A DNA stretch of 64,000 bases from Candidatus Culexmicrobium cathedralense (lineage in GTDB: Archaea; Thermoproteota; Methanomethylicia; Culexarchaeales; Culexmicrobiaceae): assembly GCA_025061115.1 (NCBI GenBank), contig JANZKC010000002.1:192001-256000 (forward strand), written 5' to 3'. Within the stretch, counting starts at the first letter, position 1; each line of letters opens with the position of its first letter. Under the pieces are notes generated by a model that saw only the letters and a program-made list of their open reading frames with translations, made no database searches and had not been told where the DNA came from. A program made the translations under genes and the position numbers. Positions 1-9,560 of this stretch are shown one piece after another.

Positions 1-1
1 T

Positions 2-253
2 CCAATTGAAGAAATCGAGAAGATCAACGGGAAAGTAATTAGAAAACTTAAAATTAGAGTTGGAGCTTCAGCCGGAGAGGAAAACTTGATGAGAATTTTA
101 GAAATGGTGGAAAAAGGCGAAATTAAGGATAAAATATGGGTTACCCCGGCCTTACCAATGATGATATTCATAACAGTAGGGTTAATAATTGCGTTAATAA
201 TAGGCGACATCGCGTTCGTTATCGCATTAGCTCTACGTCAAGCGATCCATTAG
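2..253 (+). CDS. Prepilin/preflagellin peptidase (A24, PibD/FlaK-like), C-terminal part only
   Basis: Frame 2 reads ...KDKIWVTPALPMMIFITVGLIIALIIGD..., matching the WVTP-x-LP C-terminal motif of archaeal A24 peptidases; directly upstream of pilin genes. Confidence 0.8.
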   Translation, partial: PIEEIEKINGKVIRKLKIRVGASAGEENLMRILEMVEKGEIKDKIWVTPALPMMIFITVGLIIALIIGDIAFVIALALRQAIH

Positions 254-304
254 TTAGAGTTAATAGCGCATATAAGCACATAAAATAGTGAGGATGAAAG
301 AGTA

Positions 305-736
305 ATGGCTAGAAAAAATCACGGAGTAACACCAATACTCTCAGATTTACTGCTAGCAGCAATAGTAGTAGCAGCTTTCGCAATAGTATACACGGCAGCA
401 AGCGACATCACAACGCAAATGTTCAACTACTTCTTAGGAGCATTCGACAGGATTCAAGAAGACCTGATAATTGAGGAGGCATACGTAAAGGCAGGGAATT
501 CTACAGCTACGTTATACGTTAGAAACATTGGAGGAGTAACCTCGAAGATAGTAGCAGTATACTGCAACGACACACTTATTCAAGTTCTTAGCGGTTCGAA
601 AACATTGAAGGAGGGAGAGCTGTCAATTCTAGTTGTAAAACTACCTAACTCCCCATCTCCATATGCAATTCAACAAATAACAATAGCTACTCTGCTAGGA
701 AACAAGTTGAAATTTAGATTAATTGCAACTCCATGA
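305..736 (+). CDS. Type IV pilin-like protein (class III signal peptide)
   Basis: MARKNHG/VTPILSDLLLAAIVV: basic leader, Gly, hydrophobic helix; LYVRNIG and T-x-x-GN motifs. Confidence 0.8.
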   Translation: MARKNHGVTPILSDLLLAAIVVAAFAIVYTAASDITTQMFNYFLGAFDRIQEDLIIEEAYVKAGNSTATLYVRNIGGVTSKIVAVYCNDTLIQVLSGSKTLKEGELSILVVKLPNSPSPYAIQQITIATLLGNKLKFRLIATP

Positions 737-745
737 GGTGGAAAA

Positions 746-1150
746 ATGATTAGAAATAAGGGATCATCAACAGTGATGGGAGCACTTCTATTCGTAATTG
801 TAGCTACTTCAATAGCATTATTCACATTCTCTATAACACTAGAATACCAAAAAAGATGGAAGGATTACTTGAAACGCCAAGAATTAAAGCTCAGCGAAAA
901 AATCGAAATAACAAACGTTGAAAATGTAGGTTTAGACACTCACATTACAGTAAGAAACTTGGGAGGAGAAGCTGCAAAAATAGTAGCCATATACATCAAT
1001 CACAAGTTGGTAAAAACGCTCCAAGACTTCTACATACCAGCAGGAGGCGATAGAGTAATAATTCTAAGAAATTTCAACATCAAGCAAAACGACTACATTA
1101 AAATTACAACAGACAGAGGAAACTTCGCAACATACCATGTACCTAGTTAA
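746..1150 (+). CDS. Type IV pilin-like protein (class III signal peptide)
   Basis: MIRNKG/SSTVMGALLFVIV; ITVRNLG and IKITTDRGN motifs; GAGGTGG SD. Confidence 0.8.
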   Translation: MIRNKGSSTVMGALLFVIVATSIALFTFSITLEYQKRWKDYLKRQELKLSEKIEITNVENVGLDTHITVRNLGGEAAKIVAIYINHKLVKTLQDFYIPAGGDRVIILRNFNIKQNDYIKITTDRGNFATYHVPS

Positions 1151-1238
1151 CTTGTGAAGAGCAGCCTCAACAATTCAACAGTAGAGCCAGATATAAATGA
1201 GCAAAATAAAGTAATGAAAGTGATATTAACTTATATTA

Positions 1239-2759
1239 ATGGAGAGAGGAGGATTGAGCAAAGAGCATACTCATGCCTATGTAAAAATTTACGCAGTAAA
1301 TCCCCCTCACGCTTATGTAGGAATATTTATCGATCCTCTCACCAATCAATATAGATATGACGTTATTGAGCCCAGGTTATTTCCAAATGAAAGAAAGCTG
1401 TTAAACCAATTGAAAGAACTTTTACTTGATGAATTAGATATTAGGTTAGAGGACGTCGAAAAAGAAGGTGAAGCTGAAACATATTTGAAAAATAAAATTG
1501 CAGAAGTAGTAAACAAATACAAAATAAAAATTTCAGAAGAAACGCTAGGCAAAATAATGTACTACATTGTCAGGAACTTCATCGGATACGGAAAAATCGA
1601 CGTCATGATGAGAGACCCACTAATTGAAGACATAAGCTGCGATGGACCCAAACTTCCAGTATTCGTTTGGCATAGAGAGTATGAATCAATACCAACAAAC
1701 GTCATATTCGAAACGCCTGAAGAGTTAGACTCCTTTGTCGTAAGGCTAGCCTATAGAGCTGGCAAGCACGTCTCAGTAGCGCAGCCAATCATAGACGGAG
1801 CACTGCCAGATGGAAGTAGAGTTCAAATCACTTATGGAAGAGAAGTCTCGCTTAAAGGCTCATCATTCACAATTAGGAAGTTCAGAGTAGACCCCCTAAC
1901 CATAGTCGATTTAATAAGGCTCAATACATTAACAGCCGAAATGGCAGCCTACTTTTGGTTTGCAATCGAAAATAGAGCTTCAATACTAATAGCAGGAGGA
2001 GTAGCTGCAGGCAAAACAACCCTGCTAAATGCATTGGCAATCTTCATTCCACCAGAATTCAAAATTGTTAGCATTGAAGAAACGCCTGAAATAAACTTAC
2101 CCCACAAAAATTGGCTTCAAATGGTTACAAGGCCGGGCTTCGGAACAGTAGAAACCAGCGTCACACTCTTCGACCTACTTAAAGCTGCGGTTAGGCAGAG
2201 GCCAGATTACATAATAGTAGGCGAAATAAGAGGCGAGGAAGCATACACGTTGTTCCAAGCAATAGCAACTGGACACTTATGCCTATCAACAATCCATGCA
2301 GATTCAGTGGCATCAGTAATTCGAAGACTGGAGTCAGAGCCAATGAACATTCCGAGAACCCTCATTCCGGCAATGGACATAATAGCCGTCATGGGCAAGC
2401 TCAGAATAGCAAACCTACCAGCAAGAAGAGTTCTAACAGTATCAGAAATCGTAGGCTTAGACAGAAATAGGGAGGTGCTGACCAATGAGACGTACAAGTG
2501 GAACCCCAAAGCAGATACATTCCAATACATGGGGAGAAGCTACCTCGTAGAGAAAATAATGAGAAGGAAAGCGTACGCCTATGAAGAAGTTCAAGAAGAG
2601 CTTAGGCGAAGAAAAGTAATTCTGGAGTGGATGGTGAAAATGAACATTCGAAAATACACTGAAGTCGCAAATATAGTGAGAGACTACTATGCAGATCCAG
2701 AAAGACTCTACAGAAGAGCGGTAATATCAATGAGGAGAGGAATCTCACTTGAAACTTAA
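1239..2759 (+). CDS. Type IV pilus/type II secretion ATPase (FlaI/VirB11 family)
   Basis: IEDISCDG, Walker A GGVAAGKTT, SIEETPE, RQRPDYIIVGEIRG, TIHA. Confidence 0.95.
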   Translation: MERGGLSKEHTHAYVKIYAVNPPHAYVGIFIDPLTNQYRYDVIEPRLFPNERKLLNQLKELLLDELDIRLEDVEKEGEAETYLKNKIAEVVNKYKIKISEETLGKIMYYIVRNFIGYGKIDVMMRDPLIEDISCDGPKLPVFVWHREYESIPTNVIFETPEELDSFVVRLAYRAGKHVSVAQPIIDGALPDGSRVQITYGREVSLKGSSFTIRKFRVDPLTIVDLIRLNTLTAEMAAYFWFAIENRASILIAGGVAAGKTTLLNALAIFIPPEFKIVSIEETPEINLPHKNWLQMVTRPGFGTVETSVTLFDLLKAAVRQRPDYIIVGEIRGEEAYTLFQAIATGHLCLSTIHADSVASVIRRLESEPMNIPRTLIPAMDIIAVMGKLRIANLPARRVLTVSEIVGLDRNREVLTNETYKWNPKADTFQYMGRSYLVEKIMRRKAYAYEEVQEELRRRKVILEWMVKMNIRKYTEVANIVRDYYADPERLYRRAVISMRRGISLET

Positions 2760-3627
2760 CCGGATATACGTTATTGCATTTAAGTTGTTGGGAGATAGAA
2801 TCGATCCAGCACTTTCCCACTTCGAAGACTTAAGAAAAATGCTTAAAAGCGCAAATATCAAGGTGAGCTTCAAAGCCTACGTCTGCACAATGATAATTTC
2901 ATCAACAATCGCCTATGCAATAGCGCAGCCAGTTACCCTAGCACTAACATACATGTTAATAAAGGACGTAAACCTATCCATTTTAATCAGCCTTGGACTT
3001 TCACTAATGATTGGATTTACAGTCTTCTGGGCGTTCTACCTATACCCATACTACCAAGCTGGAAATAGAAGAAGAGCCATTGACAGCGCAATGCCATACG
3101 CTGTAAGTTACATGGCAGTACTTTCAATGGTAGGAATGCCCCTGCCCGAAATATTCAAGTCGCTGGCTAAGGTCCAAGCACCTAAGGAAGTCTCAGATGA
3201 AGCAAGAGACATAGTCAGAGACATAGAATTATTTGGATACGACATACTAACTGCAATTGAAAAAGCTGCTCAAAAAACGCCTTCAACGTACCTTGCAGAA
3301 GTCCTCAGAGGAATAGCTGCAATAACAAGGATAGGCGGAAACTTGAGGAGATATCTACTCGACGAAGCGAAGAGGTTCATTAACATTAGAAGGACAATTA
3401 TTAGGAAAATCAACTCCACACTCCTATCCATAGCCGAAATATACATCGTTGTCTCGATGGTCATGCCAATGCTCTTCATCGTACTATCAGCCATAATGGC
3501 GCTCCTAGGAGGCCAAGTGTTTAACTTAGGAGCAAACATAGTGGCCCTCATAATAACCTACGTGTTTATCCCATCCATCTTCCTCTCATTCCTAGTAATA
3601 GTAGATGCGTTCACGCCGGAGGATTAA
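2749..3627 (+). CDS. Type IV pilus membrane platform protein (TadC/FlaJ, T2SSF domain)
   Basis: Hydrophobic helices flanking IDSAMPYAVSYM...RDIELFGYDILTAIE; overlaps the ATPase stop. Confidence 0.88.
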   Translation: MKLNRIYVIAFKLLGDRIDPALSHFEDLRKMLKSANIKVSFKAYVCTMIISSTIAYAIAQPVTLALTYMLIKDVNLSILISLGLSLMIGFTVFWAFYLYPYYQAGNRRRAIDSAMPYAVSYMAVLSMVGMPLPEIFKSLAKVQAPKEVSDEARDIVRDIELFGYDILTAIEKAAQKTPSTYLAEVLRGIAAITRIGGNLRRYLLDEAKRFINIRRTIIRKINSTLLSIAEIYIVVSMVMPMLFIVLSAIMALLGGQVFNLGANIVALIITYVFIPSIFLSFLVIVDAFTPED

Positions 3628-3629
3628 AG

Positions 3630-4469
3630 GTGAGAAAAATAACGAAGAGGGAGAAAATACTCGTTTCAGCAACATCGGCAACCATAGGAATGGCAGTAAT
3701 AGTAATTGCAGTCATGATGTTGGGAAGCAATGTCGTAGCAAGGGACAACATGATATTTGGCGGACTAACAATAGCATTCTCACTTCCAGCGGCAATAGAC
3801 TACATCGAGTATAGATGGAAAAAATCCGTTGAAGAAAAGTTTCCAGACTTCCTAAGGGAAATGGCTGAAAGGCTGAGAAGCGGAATGTCATTTTATAAGG
3901 CTCTTGAAGCAGCAGCAAAGAGAGATTACGGTCCATTAACTGAAGAACTTAAAATCTTGATCTATCAAATATCATGGGGAGCAAAGCCTGAAGAAGCATT
4001 CCAAGCATTCGCAAAAAGAATTGGAACTCCACTAGCGCGTAGAGTAAGCATACTTCTACTAGAAGTAGGAAAAATGGGCGCTAAAACAGCAATGGTACTC
4101 GAAACAATCGGCGACTTCCTAAGATCAATACAACTCATAGAGAAGGAGAAAACCGCGGAGCTGCGCATACACATGCTCACCATATACACAGCCTTCCTCA
4201 CATTCATGATAATCTCAGCAATACTTGTAACGAAGTTCTTTTACCCCCTATACTTCAGCATCGCCGAATATGCAGGGGCACTCAAACCACTAATGACTCC
4301 AATCGAGGCTAGGCAACTCCTACTACACATGCTCTCAATAGAAGCAATCACCAGCGGCTTAATGGCTGGAAAAATATCTGAAAAAAGGATTTCGGCAGGA
4401 TTAAAGCATGCGATTATACTTCTAGCCATAAGCCTAATAATATACAACTACCTAGTTAAGCCGATTTAG
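3630..4469 (+). CDS. Second type IV pilus membrane platform protein (TadC/TadB)
   Basis: EEKFPDFLREMAERLRSGMS...DYGPLTEEL...ISWG; C-terminal SGLMAGKI. Confidence 0.88.
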   Translation: MRKITKREKILVSATSATIGMAVIVIAVMMLGSNVVARDNMIFGGLTIAFSLPAAIDYIEYRWKKSVEEKFPDFLREMAERLRSGMSFYKALEAAAKRDYGPLTEELKILIYQISWGAKPEEAFQAFAKRIGTPLARRVSILLLEVGKMGAKTAMVLETIGDFLRSIQLIEKEKTAELRIHMLTIYTAFLTFMIISAILVTKFFYPLYFSIAEYAGALKPLMTPIEARQLLLHMLSIEAITSGLMAGKISEKRISAGLKHAIILLAISLIIYNYLVKPI

Positions 4470-5466
4470 ACTTCAATTCTTCAAGCACAGCTTTAAGCTT
4501 AGACTTCAACTTCTCCTCAGCCTCATCAATGTTGGGAGCTTCAATCAAAGTTATCCCATAAAATTCAACCAGCCGCTTAGCTTCACTAGACACCTTAGGA
4601 ACTCCAATTATAATAGACTTAAAAGGTTTGGTATCATACGCTTTAGTGAATACCGCTGCAACATGCCTTTCATCAACCTCATCAGCCAGAACCAGGTCTA
4701 TAGCGATAAACTTCTCCTCAGAATCCACAACTTTAATCGCAACCAAGTCGAATGAGTGAAGAATACCAGTAGCACCTTGAAGCGACATCTTTATGTGAGC
4801 CTCAAAGCCCATCTCCTCAGCCACAAGCTTTAATCTAATTAAATCTCCAACCTTTCTTTTAAGCTCCTTCTTAACCTTATCGCTTATCGAATAAACGAAA
4901 ACATCCCGGTAAACGGCATCTTTAAACGTAAAATGAGAACCGCACTTAACACATTCGTGCTCAACAACAGGATTATCAAAAGACCTGCCACAAGATCTAC
5001 ACTCGCACCAAACACCTACTACGCGGTAGTCTTGACTTGCATCTTCAAGCTTAACATTGCATCCAGGGCATACAAGCTCGCCATTTCTCCTAAAACTCTC
5101 TTCATTATCAATGGTACCGCACTTGAAATGCTCTATGATCCTGTGCTTAACAATCGACCTACTACCACAGTAGGGACATAAATATCTGGTTCGAACGCAA
5201 CCAGAGTTGCAAGAGGGACAAAGCAAAATTTTATCATAAAACTCCTTAACCAGCAGCTCCATTGACGCAATATCATCAAGTAATTCAACGGCAGTTTCAG
5301 AGTCAACCCCAAAAAATTCCTCGACCTCCCTAAATCTAATGTTAAACTCATTATCAAGCGATGGAACGATCCTTCCAGACCCCTTCTTACTTAACATTTC
5401 AGCCAGAAAATCGTAAGCTTTCCTTAATAGAGCGTCTTTAGGTTTGTCCATTGAAGCCACTTGCAA
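4456..5466 (-). CDS. TackOD1-like multi-Zn-ribbon protein with C-terminal restriction-endonuclease-like domain
   Basis: CPSC, CPYC, HFKC, CPGC, CRSC and CVKC pairs, followed by LQGATGILHSFDLVA. Confidence 0.7.
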   Translation of the reverse strand: MQVASMDKPKDALLRKAYDFLAEMLSKKGSGRIVPSLDNEFNIRFREVEEFFGVDSETAVELLDDIASMELLVKEFYDKILLCPSCNSGCVRTRYLCPYCGSRSIVKHRIIEHFKCGTIDNEESFRRNGELVCPGCNVKLEDASQDYRVVGVWCECRSCGRSFDNPVVEHECVKCGSHFTFKDAVYRDVFVYSISDKVKKELKRKVGDLIRLKLVAEEMGFEAHIKMSLQGATGILHSFDLVAIKVVDSEEKFIAIDLVLADEVDERHVAAVFTKAYDTKPFKSIIIGVPKVSSEAKRLVEFYGITLIEAPNIDEAEEKLKSKLKAVLEELKSKSA

Positions 5467-5540
5467 GCAACCCCAAATGACGTTGTACTCTAAAGATATA
5501 AAAGCTTTATAAAATTATAAGCTTCACAAAGCTTAAAAAT

Positions 5541-6044
5541 TTAGCTGAAAAGCTTACTTAACCACAAAACTTTGAATGGTAAGCCAAGCCCCTTATAGGC
5601 TAATGAAACAAGCCTTAAAACCTCGGCCAACTCCATGTCAGCATAATAGTGCAGATGCCCCAAACAGCAACAATCAGACGAGCCGAATCTCCTATAAGTC
5701 ATAACTCCTTCAACATTGGATAATATTCTGGAGACCTCACATTCAAATCGCCGATCACTGGAAGCTGCAATAACAGCTACAACCTCAAACTCATGTCGCG
5801 TCAGCAGGTAATCGATGTGCCACCTCAACCTCTTAATCTTCGAAACGTGCCTTTTAACTCGACTATACAAGCTCATCTTGGACGGGCCAAGCGCAGATCC
5901 AGTGTACGAGTAAATACCTCTGCGAAAAGCCACTCGCCCAAGACTGCCAACAATTACCTCAACATCGGTATTAAGAGTAAATATTAACGTGTAAGTTCCC
6001 CTACCCAGCTCCTTCAATCGATCAACATTCAATTCAACCGCCAA
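5541..6044 (-). CDS. GIY-YIG/Uri superfamily nuclease (DUF123)
   Basis: GTYTL, GIYSYTGSALG, RVKRH, RWHIDYL, FGSSDC. Confidence 0.85.
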   Translation of the reverse strand: MAVELNVDRLKELGRGTYTLIFTLNTDVEVIVGSLGRVAFRRGIYSYTGSALGPSKMSLYSRVKRHVSKIKRLRWHIDYLLTRHEFEVVAVIAASSDRRFECEVSRILSNVEGVMTYRRFGSSDCCCLGHLHYYADMELAEVLRLVSLAYKGLGLPFKVLWLSKLFS

Positions 6045-6084
6045 TTGCAGTAAAAATAAAAGAGTATAAAAAGACTAGGAGTAT

Positions 6085-6153
6085 TGGCTGTGAAGAAGAA
6101 CTCGGGAACCGAGCTGAACGTGAAAAGCTGTGAAGAAAATAGTTGCTGAGCCA
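6085..6153 (+). ncRNA. Candidate box C/D sRNA 1
   Basis: TGGC/GCCA terminal stem, C-like GTGAAGA 6090, D' CTGA 6114, C'-like GTGAAGA 6130, D CTGA 6146; TATAAA at 6065. Confidence 0.6.
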
Positions 6154-6223
6154 GCAGCGCAGCTATGAGCAAGGGTCAAAGCTCTGAATAATGACGAAGC
6201 CGCTACTAGGTGAGCTGCGCTGC
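6154..6223 (+). ncRNA. Candidate box C/D sRNA 2, in tandem with sRNA 1
   Basis: Perfect 10-bp terminal stem GCAGCGCAGC/GCTGCGCTGC, C-like ATGAGCA, D' CTGA 6184, C' ATGACGA 6191, D-like GTGA 6210; both guides 12 nt. Confidence 0.6.
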
Positions 6224-6447
6224 TATCTAACTTTCTCCTTCGGCGAGCTCCAAAGAAGCCTTGTGGGAGCGCTTTTAATTATCTCATAAACTTGGCTCCA
6301 CGTCAAACCATACTTCCTCGCCAGCTCATCCATTGAAATCGTGTAGTGAGCCCACTCATACACTATCATGTGCTTGACCTCATCGGAAATGCCCTCAACA
6401 TCAACTTTTTCAGGAGCTCTTCTCCGCCTACTGCTCAATTGCATCAC
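6223..6447 (-). CDS. Small helix-turn-helix protein
   Basis: ISMDELARKYGLTWSQVYEII HTH pattern. Confidence 0.6.
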   Translation of the reverse strand: MMQLSSRRRRAPEKVDVEGISDEVKHMIVYEWAHYTISMDELARKYGLTWSQVYEIIKSAPTRLLWSSPKEKVR

Positions 6448-6502
6448 CGATGGAGACGCTGAATAAGAGATAAATATGTATTTCGCTAAAAATTTTCAAG
6501 CC

Positions 6503-6613
6503 ATGAAGTGCCCTAAGTGCGGAGCTAAACTAACCAAAAGCTGCAGAAAAAGAGGAAAAACAAAGCTTATAAGATATCTTCCATGCTCTAACTGCGGATT
6601 TTCATTCAAGTAG
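6503..6613 (+). CDS. 36-aa CPxCG zinc-ribbon microprotein (not in ORF track)
   Basis: Manual translation MKCPKCGAKLTKSCRKRGKTKLIRYLPCSNCGFSFK* fills the intergenic gap. Confidence 0.6.
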   Translation: MKCPKCGAKLTKSCRKRGKTKLIRYLPCSNCGFSFK

Positions 6614-6621
6614 CTAAGCTC

Positions 6622-6903
6622 CTACCTTCCAATCACTTCACCAGTAGCAAAGCTAGGTTTAACTGACGTTATCTTAATCGTCACCTTTTCACCAGGCTTA
6701 ACGTCTGGAACGAAAATTACATAGCCTTGAACTCTAGCAACACCTTCGCCGCGCCTACTTAGCCCCTCAATTTCAACAGCAATTTCATCGCCAACAGACA
6801 CAGGCTTTGGAAGAAGATATGCTGGCTTTATCCTTCGTCTACCACCTTTACGCGGCCTCTTCTGAGCCACAACATCATCCCCAAAGCATATTGTGGCGAA
6901 CAT
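6622..6903 (-). CDS. Stand-alone TRAM domain RNA-binding protein (start probably downstream)
   Basis: PKPVSVGDEIAVEIEGLSRRGEGVARVQGYVIFVP. Confidence 0.9.
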   Translation of the reverse strand: MFATICFGDDVVAQKRPRKGGRRRIKPAYLLPKPVSVGDEIAVEIEGLSRRGEGVARVQGYVIFVPDVKPGEKVTIKITSVKPSFATGEVIGR

Positions 6904-7024
6904 GCACTAAGCCATATTTAAGAATTTCGAAACACACAGAAATGATAAAATATGAACGAGACACAACTCTTAAATAATACCAAATAAGGGTAGATAAACG
7001 CGTATTAATTGGAGGTTAAACGTT

Positions 7025-7333
7025 ATGGCTAAGCCAATAACAATAATAATGGTTACAGCTGATTGGGAGAAAGCAAGCGATTACATTAGAAAAGCATGCA
7101 AAAAGGCCGCTGAAGACCTAAAGATAAACCTCGAGGAGAAAAAGGAGGACTATGAGTTCCTCGATAAGTACGGCGTTAAAAACGAGTTTGGAGGGCTGGA
7201 CATACCACAAGTATTCATAAAGTACGATGATGGAGAAATCAAGTACGTGATGTCTAGAGTGCCACTAACGGCTCAAGGAACACCAGATGTGGAAGCCGCA
7301 GTAGAGATCATCAAAAAGGCAGTTGGAGGTTAA
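7025..7333 (+). CDS. Thioredoxin-fold-like protein without CxxC
   Basis: GGLDIPQVFI cis-Pro-like loop; GGAGG SD. Confidence 0.5.
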   Translation: MAKPITIIMVTADWEKASDYIRKACKKAAEDLKINLEEKKEDYEFLDKYGVKNEFGGLDIPQVFIKYDDGEIKYVMSRVPLTAQGTPDVEAAVEIIKKAVGG

Positions 7334-7338
7334 ACTCG

Positions 7339-7770
7339 TTGGCCGAGGAAAGCGTACTAATAATAACATCAGAAAAAGGTAAAGCTTCTGTTGAAGAGGA
7401 GGTTAAAGGTAAGCTACATGAAGTAGTTAGGAAAGCAGCTCGAAAAGCTCTTGAGCTTTGGGATTTAACAAAATCAGACTTCATAATAATTAGGGATAAA
7501 TATCCAGTAGAATTAAAGCTACCGATAACTAAAGAGGAATATGAAATCTACTCCAAATACAATTTGAGAAGAGCTGGACCTAGAGTAGCTACATTCGACC
7601 TTCCAGTATACATCATATCATACGACAACGAATGGATACACGAAAACTACAAGGATTACAGAGTTCTAGTTGTAGTTCCGAAAGTTGATGAAAAGATTAC
7701 GGAAGAATTAATCAATTGGGCTGCAGAAATAACGCTCGAAGAAGCCGAATTCGAAGAAGAGAATTACTAG
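7339..7770 (+). CDS. Conserved archaeal hypothetical protein (DUF2286-like)
   Basis: WDLTKSDFIIIRD and LPVYIISYDNEW resemble a crenarchaeal family; operonic with the upstream gene. Confidence 0.55.
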   Translation: MAEESVLIITSEKGKASVEEEVKGKLHEVVRKAARKALELWDLTKSDFIIIRDKYPVELKLPITKEEYEIYSKYNLRRAGPRVATFDLPVYIISYDNEWIHENYKDYRVLVVVPKVDEKITEELINWAAEITLEEAEFEEENY

Positions 7771-8141
7771 CCAAAAATCCACCAACGCCTTTTCTTCTTG
7801 CCCTCCTTAGCTTTAGCCCTCTTCTTAGCTTCCTTGATGGCCCTCTCCTTTTCCTTTTGAATTTCAACAAGCTCTTCAATCCTTTTAATTAGCGCCTCGA
7901 CGGCGTCCCTATCGTGAAACAGAGCTACAAGGTCATCGACGACCGGATGTTGAATATAAGCTTTGACGAAAGGCAGTACGTAGACTATTGAAAGCTCAGC
8001 TCCAACCCAAGTTAATGGTTTAATTGTCTCCAGGAACATGATGGCAGGAGTTTCGAGGCCCCTCTTGACAATTTCATTGGCAATTTTTTCTATAAGCTCC
8101 TTCTTCCTTTCTGGAGTAATCTCAAGCGTTGGAGGGAACAT
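7767..8141 (-). CDS. Conserved hypothetical protein
   Basis: IANEIVKRGLETPAIMFLETIKPL; GGTGA SD. Confidence 0.7.
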   Translation of the reverse strand: MFPPTLEITPERKKELIEKIANEIVKRGLETPAIMFLETIKPLTWVGAELSIVYVLPFVKAYIQHPVVDDLVALFHDRDAVEALIKRIEELVEIQKEKERAIKEAKKRAKAKEGKKKRRWWIFG

Positions 8142-8197
8142 TCATGCTCACCGCTTCAATTAAAGTAATGGTAGTAGGTGCATTTATTTCTTGTTAT

Positions 8198-9085
8198 TTA
8201 CATGTGAGATAATAAGCCCCTTGCTTTTGAATCCACCATGCGCCTATATTCAGCTATCAGCTTCGGATATTTCTCAACCATACTTACATTTTCCTCCAAG
8301 CACTTCAAATACGCCTGCTCAGCTCCCGGAGCTAGCTTAGCAATTTCCTCATAAAGCTTCCTGCCAATTTCACTGGCTTTCTGGCACCTGGGCGTGCAAG
8401 GGAAGAAGTTACTTGAAAAATACACGTAAACATCCGGCTTATCTCCAACTCTCCTCAACTCCTTAATTTGACGGGAAGCCCTCTCCTCAACATAAACTCC
8501 CGAGCCTCTCTCTTCAGCGTACCTCTTAACGCAACAATCTGGATACCCAAGCAGCCTTCCAAGCTCAGAAACATATGTAGCTGAAAGCTCCTCAGGATAG
8601 ACTAGAAGCGACGGAGGCAAGCCAAGAGGCTTAACTTGAAGAATAGCCTTTCTAATCTCACGCCTAGTTGAAAAAAGCTTCTTCAACTCCTTCCCAACCT
8701 TAGATTCGCGATAGATGTAAACTTCATAAATGCTGGGTCTAACCTCCTCAAGAATCATCTTCAAGCCCAAAGTTTTAGCCCAACTCTCATGAGCTTTGAA
8801 AACGTCGGACTCCAAGACGATCTCCTTGAAAAGCCTCTTAATCTTGTTCCGCAGCCTCAGAATTAGCTGGCTCCTCAAATAAAGATCCCTGGTCTTCATC
8901 AACAAGGATAAGTCCTCAGCGCACCTCTCATCAATAATTCTCCCAAACTTGCTTCCATCAGGAAGCTCGGCTGGAAGAGTAAAGAAGGAACACGGCCGAA
9001 CGCCTAAGTAAACTGAAAGGTAATCCTCAAATTTAACTCTAGGCAAAATGCGGGATTCATTAATGAAATCGCCGATCAAACCCAA
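8198..9085 (-). CDS. DUF483-like protein
   Basis: GVRP, LGRLLGYPDCC and FFPCTPRC motifs. Confidence 0.65.
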   Translation of the reverse strand: MGLIGDFINESRILPRVKFEDYLSVYLGVRPCSFFTLPAELPDGSKFGRIIDERCAEDLSLLMKTRDLYLRSQLILRLRNKIKRLFKEIVLESDVFKAHESWAKTLGLKMILEEVRPSIYEVYIYRESKVGKELKKLFSTRREIRKAILQVKPLGLPPSLLVYPEELSATYVSELGRLLGYPDCCVKRYAEERGSGVYVEERASRQIKELRRVGDKPDVYVYFSSNFFPCTPRCQKASEIGRKLYEEIAKLAPGAEQAYLKCLEENVSMVEKYPKLIAEYRRMVDSKARGLLSHM

Positions 9086-9169
9086 TCAAATCACCTTCAC
9101 GTACAGACAATCAAATTAAATAAGCGTGCGACTAATAAATAAGGCTTAAGGGCAGAGGCAAGAGGGAGC

Positions 9170-9538
9170 ATGATGAAAGCACGCATGCCAACATTTGAAG
9201 AATATCTAGCTGGAGCCATGCTGAGCAACGCTCCAGCTTGGATAACGATTGCAACAGCCTCATACCTATACGAGATAGCGCTAATTAGCGAGGAAATAGC
9301 TGCAATCCTTATAGTTGGAGCATACTCCATCGGAGGAATGATAGGCGCATACCTTGTCTGCAAACGAGCATATAGAGATAAGATTAAAACCGGAATTGAA
9401 GTTGGGCTCGCAGCACTCATACTAAACATCATATTCACAGCACTGTTTTTAGGAGCCCCACCGGCAATACCTCCACTTGCAGGATTAATCATTGGAGGAG
9501 CAGTAGGCGGAATAATAGCAGAGAGAAAATCCTCCTAA
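9170..9538 (+). CDS. Small 4-TM membrane protein
   Basis: Four hydrophobic Gly/Ala-rich segments. Confidence 0.65.
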   Translation: MMKARMPTFEEYLAGAMLSNAPAWITIATASYLYEIALISEEIAAILIVGAYSIGGMIGAYLVCKRAYRDKIKTGIEVGLAALILNIIFTALFLGAPPAIPPLAGLIIGGAVGGIIAERKSS

Positions 9539-9560
9539 AGAAGCAGGTCAGCACTAACCG

